Shown: one piece after another, positions 24,159-30,422 of the stretch | Layout: each line of letters opens with the position of its first letter | Position numbering within the stretch: position 1 is the stretch's first letter | From: a virus | Reading direction: 5' to 3' (one strand) | Length of the DNA: 35,942 bases | Virus record (IMG/VR): IMGVR_UViG_3300042347_000453 | Notes under the pieces: generated by a model | Databases searched by the model: none | What the model was told of the DNA's origin: nothing | What the model saw: only the letters and a program-made list of their open reading frames with translations | Position numbers and translations under genes: made by a program

Positions 24159-24186
24159 TTGAACCTGCCGCGTAAGTGTGTAGAAT
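24159..24186 (+). promoter_or_regulatory. Promoter P4 (TTGAAC-16-TAGAAT, GTGTG context)
   Basis: ttgaacctgccgcgtaagtgtgtagaat. Confidence 0.65.
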
Positions 24187-24193
24187 GAGATTT

Positions 24194-24355
24194 ATGGACA
24201 CTAAAAAAATCGGTAAGCCGAAAACAATTGAAGACGCAAAGCGCGTAAACATTTACATTTCTAAAAAAGCGCACGAAAAAGCGAAAAAGATCGGCGGCGG
24301 AAACTTTTCTGCTGGCGTGACAAAGCTGATAAATGAGTATGATCGTCGGACTTGA
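24194..24355 (+). CDS. Ribbon-helix-helix (CopG/Arc-like) small DNA-binding protein (53 aa)
   Basis: Translated by hand. KRVNIYISKKAHEKAKKIGGGNFSAGVTKLI is a typical RHH strand-helix-helix. Confidence 0.5.
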   Translation: MDTKKIGKPKTIEDAKRVNIYISKKAHEKAKKIGGGNFSAGVTKLINEYDRRT

Positions 24356-24764
24356 CCCAGGTACAAATACGGGAGTAGCTATATTTGAAGACGGAAAGCT
24401 TACAAAGCTAACCACCTGGACGCCGATTCAGCTAATAACGCTGCTTTCTAGCCTTTCAGTCAAAAGCGTGATATTCGAGGATTCGCGCTTGACTTCGCCA
24501 GTCTGGAGCCGTGGGACTAGCCAGGCCGCCAGGCTAAAGATAGCCCGGAATGTCGGCCAAGTGGACGCTATATGCAATTTAATATGCGCCCTATGCGAAG
24601 AAATGAAAATCAGCGCCCACGGAATAAGCCCGAAGCACAAAGGGCGCAAGCTGGACGCTGAGACTTTTAACAAGCTGACTGGCTGGGACAAAAAAAGCAA
24701 CCAACACGAGCGTGATGCGGCAATGTGTGTTTTTTCACATGGCGGAATAAAAGGGCTTGCATAG
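24333..24764 (+). CDS. RuvC-like Holliday junction resolvase
   Basis: IVGLDPGTNTGVAIF (first catalytic Asp), VIFEDS, and NQHERDAAM at the C-terminus. Confidence 0.75.
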   Translation: MSMIVGLDPGTNTGVAIFEDGKLTKLTTWTPIQLITLLSSLSVKSVIFEDSRLTSPVWSRGTSQAARLKIARNVGQVDAICNLICALCEEMKISAHGISPKHKGRKLDAETFNKLTGWDKKSNQHERDAAMCVFSHGGIKGLA

Positions 24765-24784
24765 GCTTTTGGAGTGTGTATAAT
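24757..24784 (+). promoter_or_regulatory. Promoter P5 (TTGCAT-16-TATAAT, GTGTG context)
   Basis: ttgcataggcttttggagtgtgtataat, nearly identical to P1. Confidence 0.75.
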
Positions 24785-24832
24785 TCTCTACATGGTTAGC
24801 AATAAAGCTAATCAACATTAGGAGAATGAAAA

Positions 24833-25063
24833 ATGAGCATCACTGTAAAAAACAACAGTTTTATTTTTGACGCAGATTCTGAGCTAAATGAGGCCAAAAC
24901 AGTGGCGCAAGAATTGTTCGGAGACAGGTTTTCTTTAATCGGTTTTGGAGACAACATTTTCAAATGTGTACAAGAGGGTGAAAGCGTGAACTGTTCTATA
25001 TCATCTTTGCCTGACTTGCTTGAATGGTGGGATAACGATTGGAACATCAATCATTTCAAATAA
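24833..25063 (+). CDS. Hypothetical protein (76 aa)
   Basis: aggagaatgaaaaATG junction after P5. Confidence 0.65.
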   Translation: MSITVKNNSFIFDADSELNEAKTVAQELFGDRFSLIGFGDNIFKCVQEGESVNCSISSLPDLLEWWDNDWNINHFK

Positions 25064-25128
25064 TTGCAACCCAGCAATAAAGATTTTTAATACTAAAAAC
25101 AGTGGCGCAAGCCCCTACAGGAGAATAA

Positions 25129-25377
25129 ATGGACATGTACACAACAGGCGAAATATATGAAGTGCTCAATTCTTTTGAAAAAAAACTTCATGATTTTGAA
25201 ATATATGTCGGTTGTAAAGTGGAGCGGTCAGAACAGCAATTTGTAAAAATGCCAAGCGGAAAAGAAAAAAAAATATTTGTAACTTACTACGATAACGGTC
25301 GCTTGAACGAACTATTCAAACTGTATTTGTCTGGGTATTCGGCAGGTAAATTGGAAGGAAGACTGCAAAGCAGTTGA
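25129..25377 (+). CDS. Hypothetical protein (82 aa)
   Basis: acaggagaataaATG junction. Confidence 0.65.
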   Translation: MDMYTTGEIYEVLNSFEKKLHDFEIYVGCKVERSEQQFVKMPSGKEKKIFVTYYDNGRLNELFKLYLSGYSAGKLEGRLQSS

Positions 25378-25396
25378 AATAAACAGGAGAATGAAA

Positions 25397-25474
25397 ATGA
25401 CCATAATCATTTTAGAAGACAAAGAAGTATCCCTAACATGGGATGAGTTTGTAAGCGCTGCGGGGTGGGCATGA
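25397..25474 (+). CDS. Possible 25-aa leader ORF translationally coupled to the next gene
   Basis: acaggagaatgaaaATG junction. Its stop overlaps the next ATG (ATGA). Confidence 0.3.
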   Translation: MTIIILEDKEVSLTWDEFVSAAGWA

Positions 25475-25779
25475 CTGACCGTAAAATGCTGGAACTTGCT
25501 GCGAAGGCCATCGGAATTAAAATTACATGGCACGGCGATGTTGACCCTTGGTGTTTTGCAGAGGTACTTCCAGGCATTAAGTGGAACCCGCTCGACGACG
25601 ATGGCGACAATAGAAGGCTACAAGTCGATTTAAAAATAGAACTGATAATTACAGATCAATCCGCAAATGCTTGTTTTGATGGGGTGTTTTATAGCGAACC
25701 TTTAGGTAAAGATGCTAGAAAAGCAGCGCGCCGAGCGGTTGTCCGTGCTGCTGCTGAAATTGGAAAGGGTATGAAATGA
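25471..25779 (+). CDS. DUF2591 (NinX-like) protein
   Basis: MTDRKMLELAAKAIGI...KWNPLDDDGDNRRLQVDL signature. Confidence 0.6.
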   Translation: MTDRKMLELAAKAIGIKITWHGDVDPWCFAEVLPGIKWNPLDDDGDNRRLQVDLKIELIITDQSANACFDGVFYSEPLGKDARKAARRAVVRAAAEIGKGMK

Positions 25780-26588
25780 CTGACAAAACTGACCGAGAAA
25801 TAATGTATCAAGCGATGGTGGCGTTGGATAGCAAAAACGACATGACAAAAGCTGAGTGGCGCTATCTTCAGTACCACGCTTTTAATGACCTACGTGAACG
25901 ACTAGCCAAGCCAGACCCGCGTAATCAGCGCGGGGTGGGTATGACTGACCGAAAACTTTTAGAACAAGCGCATGATGCGCTATATAAAGAAGATAGGATT
26001 AGTGGGTACGCTAATTACGGAAAATTAAGGAAAGACCTACGTGAACGACTAGCGCAGCCAGACCCACTTCAGCGTTTTACTGACGTGCAGCAAGAGATAG
26101 AGGCCGCATTAGCACCAGAGCAGGAACAGATTGCCCAAGCTGTGCAGACGGTGATTCAAGCCATGCAAGACGACCCTGGGTATGCTTGGGCTTGGCATTG
26201 CAACATTGCAATGGCTTTTGTGGACGCAGGCGGCGACCGATATACAGCTAACCAAGGCGCTGCTCGTTTCCTCGAAATGTTTGCCAAAGTTCAACCGGCG
26301 CATGAGCTACCAGCACCAGAGCAGGAGCCAATGGCTGTAATTAAGCGCAATGAAGCTGGCCAGATTACTATGCAGACGCCCGATGGAAATCCTTTCGATA
26401 TGTCCAAATATATTGGAGCGAAACTCCACACCGCCCCGCCAGAGCAGGAGCGACGCGAATGGCAAGGGCTGACAGACGAGGAAATATCCGCAATCAGCAA
26501 AAGCATACCAGGTGAAACTGTTTTGGGGGCGGCAAAGCGTTTGTTTGCCAGAGCAATCGAAGACAAGTTAAAGGAAAAAAACACATGA
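25776..26588 (+). CDS. Mosaic hypothetical protein (270 aa) with internal repeats
   Basis: DLRERLAKPDP and DLRERLAQPDP. An internal GVGMTDRKLLEQA repeats the gene-start module of 25471. PEQE repeats. Confidence 0.65.
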   Translation: MTDKTDREIMYQAMVALDSKNDMTKAEWRYLQYHAFNDLRERLAKPDPRNQRGVGMTDRKLLEQAHDALYKEDRISGYANYGKLRKDLRERLAQPDPLQRFTDVQQEIEAALAPEQEQIAQAVQTVIQAMQDDPGYAWAWHCNIAMAFVDAGGDRYTANQGAARFLEMFAKVQPAHELPAPEQEPMAVIKRNEAGQITMQTPDGNPFDMSKYIGAKLHTAPPEQERREWQGLTDEEISAISKSIPGETVLGAAKRLFARAIEDKLKEKNT

Positions 26589-26773
26589 AAGATGCTATTT
26601 TTGAAATTTTAATTCAAGTGCTAATTGTGGTGGCTTCTGTTTTTTTACTTGGTGTATTCGCGCAAGGTGTGCTTTCACTAGGTGAAGACCCTGCATCCGA
26701 ATACTGCGCATTGTGCATTAAAAACGAAGGTAAGCCAGTTTTTAACGGCAAGTATTGGGAGTGCATGAAATGA
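26585..26773 (+). CDS. Small membrane/Cys protein (62 aa)
   Basis: ATGA overlap, N-terminal TM. Confidence 0.55.
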   Translation: MKDAIFEILIQVLIVVASVFLLGVFAQGVLSLGEDPASEYCALCIKNEGKPVFNGKYWECMK

Positions 26774-26922
26774 CTGACCGTGAAGCATTTGAAGAACGCG
26801 CAGCAATACTTCAATACGACGCGGGAATGAGTAAAGCGGAAGCAGAAAAGAAAGCAAAAGCGCTAATTGAAAAGCGGGAAATGTTGGATAAGATAGCGAA
26901 AATGAGGGAAAATAAGCACTGA
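26770..26922 (+). CDS. Small protein (50 aa) with the FEERAAILQYDAG motif
   Basis: Translated by hand. The ERAAI.eyDgG...AE motif is common in small phage and plasmid replication-associated proteins. Confidence 0.55.
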   Translation: MTDREAFEERAAILQYDAGMSKAEAEKKAKALIEKREMLDKIAKMRENKH

Positions 26923-26939
26923 CCCCGGAAAGTACGGGG
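26923..26939 (+). repeat. Small hairpin, copy 1 (CCCCG-GAAAGTA-CGGGG), start of the conserved 24-nt module
   Basis: ccccggaaagtacggggactaaca compared with gcccggaaagtacggggattaaca at 27181. Confidence 0.6.
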
Positions 26940-27072
26940 ACTAACATTGAAGCGGCGGCGTGGAGTGCGTAGGCACTTAATGGACACGCACAAAACCCGA
27001 ATGTTCGTGGCCTCAGACGCGATGAGTAGGGACTGAGATAGCAGGTCAAGCCCTGCCCTCTTCAATGTTAGT
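26940..27072 (+). repeat. Long hairpin H1 (13-bp perfect closing stem ACTAACATTGAAG / CTTCAATGTTAGT)
   Basis: 26940..26952 pairs with 27060..27072. The interior holds sub-hairpins agtgc-GTAG-gcact and gcagg-tcaagc-cctgc. Confidence 0.6.
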
Positions 27073-27073
27073 G

Positions 27074-27173
27074 CTAAAAAGTCTAGGGTCTGGCAACGGG
27101 TTAGCGCCGTTGTTTTGGTTTGGTTCTTTCTTGTGCGTCGCTGCTTTATGCGAGCAGACCCTAGACTTGTTAG
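27074..27173 (+). repeat. Long hairpin H2 (19-bp closing stem with one mismatch)
   Basis: ctaaaaagtctagggtctg (27074..27092) pairs with cagaccctagacttgttag (27155..27173). The interior holds caacgg-gttagcg-ccgttg. Confidence 0.6.
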
Positions 27174-27181
27174 TGAATGCG

Positions 27182-27196
27182 CCCGGAAAGTACGGG
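27182..27196 (+). repeat. Small hairpin, copy 2 (CCCG-GAAAGTA-CGGG)
   Basis: Second copy of the conserved module, 258 nt after the first. Confidence 0.6.
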
Positions 27197-27199
27197 GAT

Positions 27200-27275
27200 T
27201 AACACGCATGGGGCTTAGGTGTACCGTGCTAGCCGGGGATGAGCCAATACTCGGCCTAGGCTCCAGTCGTGTTAG
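27200..27275 (+). repeat. Long hairpin H3 (7 bp + 2x2 internal loop + 11 bp with two G-U pairs)
   Basis: taacacg-ca-tggggcttagg pairs with cctaggctcca-gt-cgtgtta. Confidence 0.55.
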
Positions 27276-27433
27276 TGAACAGTCCGGCACAGGAGCTACG
27301 AAAGTAGCCTGCAAAGCGTATGGCCTGGATTTACAGGTGAACCCTGTCGACGGATAGGGCTACGGACATCCGGGGTAATAAGCCCCACCTTATACAGCCT
27401 TATATTTTGATAGATAAAAATTAGGAGCGCACA

Positions 27434-27691
27434 ATGATTTTGAGCGAATTTGTTTTAACGCACACCAAAGGACTAAGCCCGATAGATTTGGCGCTGCTGT
27501 TTGCCGATGTAAGCGTAACAACAACAACGGGCGTGCTGTGGTGGAAAAAGAAGCGAGTTGAGCGCCGCAAGATTGCACGTGAATACGTGGGCTTTTGGCA
27601 CTTTGTAGACAACGGGCAACTCTGCCCCGGCTTCCAAGCGGAGCTTCTGGAAAGAAGCTATAGGGCACGCGAGAAATTGGCTGACGACTAG
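27434..27691 (+). CDS. Hypothetical protein (85 aa)
   Basis: aggag SD, first ORF after the structured block. Confidence 0.6.
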   Translation: MILSEFVLTHTKGLSPIDLALLFADVSVTTTTGVLWWKKKRVERRKIAREYVGFWHFVDNGQLCPGFQAELLERSYRAREKLADD

Positions 27692-27692
27692 C

Positions 27693-27893
27693 ATGAAATA
27701 CTATTTACCTGACTACAACTTTGCTGTAGAGAAATATAAAGCCTGGTGGATTATGCTGCATAAGGGCAGTGATGCGGTATTAGCGACAGCACCGGAGCAG
27801 ATTAAAGCTGTACTTTGGTGGGCTGAAAAAAACAAAAAAAAATATGCCGAATTGGTTGAATTATCATTAAAAAGAACTAGGGGCGCAAAATGA
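27693..27893 (+). CDS. Hypothetical protein (66 aa)
   Basis: ORF track entry, tight packing. Confidence 0.6.
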   Translation: MKYYLPDYNFAVEKYKAWWIMLHKGSDAVLATAPEQIKAVLWWAEKNKKKYAELVELSLKRTRGAK

Positions 27894-28138
27894 AAATAAG
27901 CGTAAAAATGACCTGCGAACAAATGCCTAATCAATTTGAAGGGCATATAAACGGAGTGCCATTCTATTACCGGGCAAGGCATGGAAACCATGAGCTTGTA
28001 TTAAGACCATTTACCGAACAGGAAAGTATTGTTTTCAGCGGGAAGTCAAAAAATGCAGGTTGGTGGGAGCCAAAAACAGCAAAGCGCAGACTAATGCGCG
28101 TTATTTATAAGTGTTGCCAAAATAATACAATTGTGTAG
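27890..28138 (+). CDS. Hypothetical protein (82 aa)
   Basis: ATGA overlap. Confidence 0.6.
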   Translation: MKISVKMTCEQMPNQFEGHINGVPFYYRARHGNHELVLRPFTEQESIVFSGKSKNAGWWEPKTAKRRLMRVIYKCCQNNTIV

Positions 28139-28141
28139 AAT
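28114..28141 (+). promoter_or_regulatory. Promoter P6 (TTGCCA-16-TAGAAT, TTGTG context) in front of the packaging/structural operon
   Basis: ttgccaaaataatacaattgtgtagaat. Confidence 0.65.
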
Positions 28142-28172
28142 AAATCTATCTATAGTAAAAAATGGGTAGAAA

Positions 28173-28499
28173 ATGACTACTAAGCCGAAAACCGGCTTTG
28201 GTCGGCCAAAAGGAACACCAAAGACCGGAGGAAGATCCGCTGGAACACCGAACAAAGCCACAAGGGAATTTAGGGAAACGATCAACAAGCTGCTAGAGGG
28301 CAATGCTGATAATGTTGCCAAGTGGCTGACAATAGTGGCAGAGGGTGATTTGGAAAGAGAAATAAAGCCTGACCCCGGCAAAGCCTTAGATTTACTCGCA
28401 AAGCTGGCTGAGTTTGCCGCGCCTAAGTTGGCAAGGACTGAGCATGTGGGGGATAAAAACAATCCGGTGCAGACGATAGTTAAATGGGCGCAGGACTGA
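28173..28499 (+). CDS. terS: Terminase small subunit
   Basis: Basic N-terminus (GRPKGTPKTGGRSAGTPNKATREFRE). ALDLLAKLAEFAAPKLARTE. Overlaps terL. Confidence 0.7.
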   Translation: MTTKPKTGFGRPKGTPKTGGRSAGTPNKATREFRETINKLLEGNADNVAKWLTIVAEGDLEREIKPDPGKALDLLAKLAEFAAPKLARTEHVGDKNNPVQTIVKWAQD

Positions 28500-29836
28500 C
28501 CCGCGAAATAATCATCCCTTACTCGCCAAGGGATGCATTCAAAAAGTTTCACCGAAGATCAGAACGTTGGGCTTGCCTGGTAGCACATAGACGGGCAGGC
28601 AAAACGGTGGCATGTATTAACGACTTGATACGCCGAGCGTTCGCAGAAAGCAAGACGGAAGCAAGATACGCCTATATTGCGCCTTTTTATAGTCAGGCAA
28701 AAAGTATTGCGTGGGATTATTTGCTGAAATTTAGTGAGCCAGTCAGGGTAAACGCTAATGCTTCTGAATTGTGGGTAGAATTGCTAAACGGCGCAAGAAT
28801 AAGACTGTTCGGGGCAGATAACCCGGACGCACTGCGCGGTTTATACTTGGACGGTGTGATACTGGATGAATATGCAGATATGCGCCCTAGAGTATGGGGC
28901 GAGATTATCAGGCCATTACTTGCCGACCGGGAAGGATGGGCGGTATTCATTGGAACACCCAAAGGTCATAACGGGTTCTATGATATTTGGCGTACCGCGC
29001 AGGCTTCGGATTCATGGTATGCGGCGAGTATTAAGGCCAGTCTGTCTGGACTGCTGCCTAATTCAGAGCTAGAAGACGCAAAAAGAGGAATGACCGAAGA
29101 TCAGTACGAGCAAGAATTTGAATGTTCGTTTGAGGCGGCTATTTTGGGGGCGTACTACGGCAAAGAGCTAAAACAAGCCGAAGAAACTGGACGGATTACC
29201 AGTGTTGAGTATGACCCGGCCATTCCGGTATACACGGCATGGGACTTGGGTTATCACGACGATACAGCAATCTGGTTCTATCAGATAACCCCAAACGAAA
29301 TACACTGCATAGACTACTACGCAGCTTCGGGGCTTTCCATTGAAGACTACGCCAGAGCAGTCAACGGGAAAGGCTACAGGTACGCTAGACATTGGCTACC
29401 CCATGACGCAAGGGCAAAGACGCTATCAAGCGACGGAAAGTCGATTATTGAACAACTCATACCGTTATTGGGTGGCGCTGGAAAGCTGGCTATTGTGCCA
29501 AGTCTGAGCGTACAGGACGGGATACAGGCGGTGCGTATGATGATGCCGCGGGTATGGTTTGACCGTGAGAATTGCGGCGAAGCGGTAGAAATACTCAAAC
29601 AATACCAAAGGGAATGGAACGAAGACAAGAAAGCCTTTAGTGAACGACCGAGACACGATTTTTCCAGCCATTGTGCGGATGCTTTCAGGATGTTGGCACT
29701 AAGTTGGCGCGAAATTAAGCCTAAAGAACCCGAAAAACCCGCAAAATTCAACATAAAAGCTCAAAACGGTGTCATAATTACAGCACCTCTAGATGAATTA
29801 TGGCAAGACGTTAAACGCCATCAGGAAAGATACTAA
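28484..29836 (+). CDS. terL: Terminase large subunit
   Basis: Walker A-like AHRRAGKT, Walker B-like GVILDEYADM, and a C-terminal nuclease-type DLGYHDDTAIWF ... HWLPHDA. Confidence 0.85.
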   Translation: MGAGLTREIIIPYSPRDAFKKFHRRSERWACLVAHRRAGKTVACINDLIRRAFAESKTEARYAYIAPFYSQAKSIAWDYLLKFSEPVRVNANASELWVELLNGARIRLFGADNPDALRGLYLDGVILDEYADMRPRVWGEIIRPLLADREGWAVFIGTPKGHNGFYDIWRTAQASDSWYAASIKASLSGLLPNSELEDAKRGMTEDQYEQEFECSFEAAILGAYYGKELKQAEETGRITSVEYDPAIPVYTAWDLGYHDDTAIWFYQITPNEIHCIDYYAASGLSIEDYARAVNGKGYRYARHWLPHDARAKTLSSDGKSIIEQLIPLLGGAGKLAIVPSLSVQDGIQAVRMMMPRVWFDRENCGEAVEILKQYQREWNEDKKAFSERPRHDFSSHCADAFRMLALSWREIKPKEPEKPAKFNIKAQNGVIITAPLDELWQDVKRHQERY

Positions 29837-30174
29837 TGTCTATATTTACAGTATCAGCAGAAGTAGTGCAATTAGGAACTGGCGCTATTCAGCCGACAGA
29901 CACATTTCAGAACGGTGTGCTTTTATCTGGTGATTTGAACAGGGCTATTTCAACTGGTGGTGATGAGTACGCTAACGGTCTTCTAATGACAGACGCTGGC
30001 CAGATTCGATACGTTGATGCGACTGCTGGACTTCCTGTAGGTGTGGTGTGGTCTAACGGACTTCCCAGAGCCAATGATGGCGCTTTGTGTGTCTCGACAG
30101 GCGCACTGGCGACATATTCAAACGGCACGCCTATGGTGGCAAATGGCGCGGTAAGAGTGAGCATAGTCCCATGA
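29836..30174 (+). CDS. Hypothetical protein (112 aa)
   Basis: TAATG overlap with terL. G/A/V-rich. Confidence 0.55.
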   Translation: MSIFTVSAEVVQLGTGAIQPTDTFQNGVLLSGDLNRAISTGGDEYANGLLMTDAGQIRYVDATAGLPVGVVWSNGLPRANDGALCVSTGALATYSNGTPMVANGAVRVSIVP

Positions 30175-30422
30175 TATTTGTACAAGCGCACCCACAAGCC
30201 AGGCCGCCCGTCATTGATAAAATTGGCGCGGTTCAATATGTCATGTGGCACCCGGTTAAATGTGAAGACAAAACAGCATATTTTCTATTTCCCAATGGCG
30301 CAGAGTTAAAAACAAGCGCAACACCCGAAAGACTGGTGGCCGTTGCGGAAAGCCCAGAAGAAGCTTGGTCAAGAATCATGACCGACAAGCCGCTTCTCGA
30401 AAAATACGGAATACCCACATGA
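30171..30422 (+). CDS. Hypothetical protein (83 aa)
   Basis: ATGA overlaps at both ends. The track start at 30087 would overlap the previous gene. Confidence 0.55.
   Translation: MIFVQAHPQARPPVIDKIGAVQYVMWHPVKCEDKTAYFLFPNGAELKTSATPERLVAVAESPEEAWSRIMTDKPLLEKYGIPT

Larger units (their letters stand above)
26923..27400 (+). ncRNA. ORF-free, GC-rich, densely structured block (candidate structured RNA or hairpin-element array); function unknown
   Basis: No credible ORF on either strand. Three consecutive long hairpins, two conserved small hairpins and a GAAA-tetraloop hairpin. Confidence 0.4.

Noticed and set aside
23885-24175. 96-aa ORF overlapping 23869..24090 in another frame
   Set aside because: Its N-terminal half is P/S/R/A-rich and reads like an off-frame translation, and its 3' end runs into promoter P4. 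A short real ORF from the internal ATG near 24062 cannot be excluded.
24896-25111. 16-nt direct repeat AAAACAGTGGCGCAAG (24896 and 25096, 200 bp apart)
   Set aside because: It is short, with one copy coding and one intergenic, and has no associated structure or second feature. It could be chance or a minor recombination scar.
26923-27196. boxB/nut-like antitermination hairpins (two CCCGGAAAGTACGGG copies)
   Set aside because: The loop is 7 nt, not the GNRA-like pentaloop, and there is no boxA-like CGCTCTT nearby. No N-like Arg-rich peptide gene was recognised. It remains possible but is unsupported.
27020-27250. Hammerhead or twister self-cleaving ribozyme
   Set aside because: Only partial strings are present (GATGAG, CTGAGAT, UCAAGC loop, UAACA). 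The full conserved cores (CUGANGA...GAAA, or twister AAGC/GGGC pseudoknot partners) are absent.
26811-27357. 167-aa minus ORF and 80-aa plus ORF in the structured block
   Set aside because: S/R/L/T-rich low-complexity translations with no SD. The minus ORF overlaps the real 26770..26922 gene. The region is better explained by the hairpins.
27280-27400. Group I intron
   Set aside because: A GAAA tetraloop hairpin, UAUGG and short strings reminiscent of Tetrahymena P5abc prompted the idea. I could not build a P3-P7-P8 core or a G-binding site. The flanking ORFs are complete, with their own stop and SD-ATG, and no split gene is evident.
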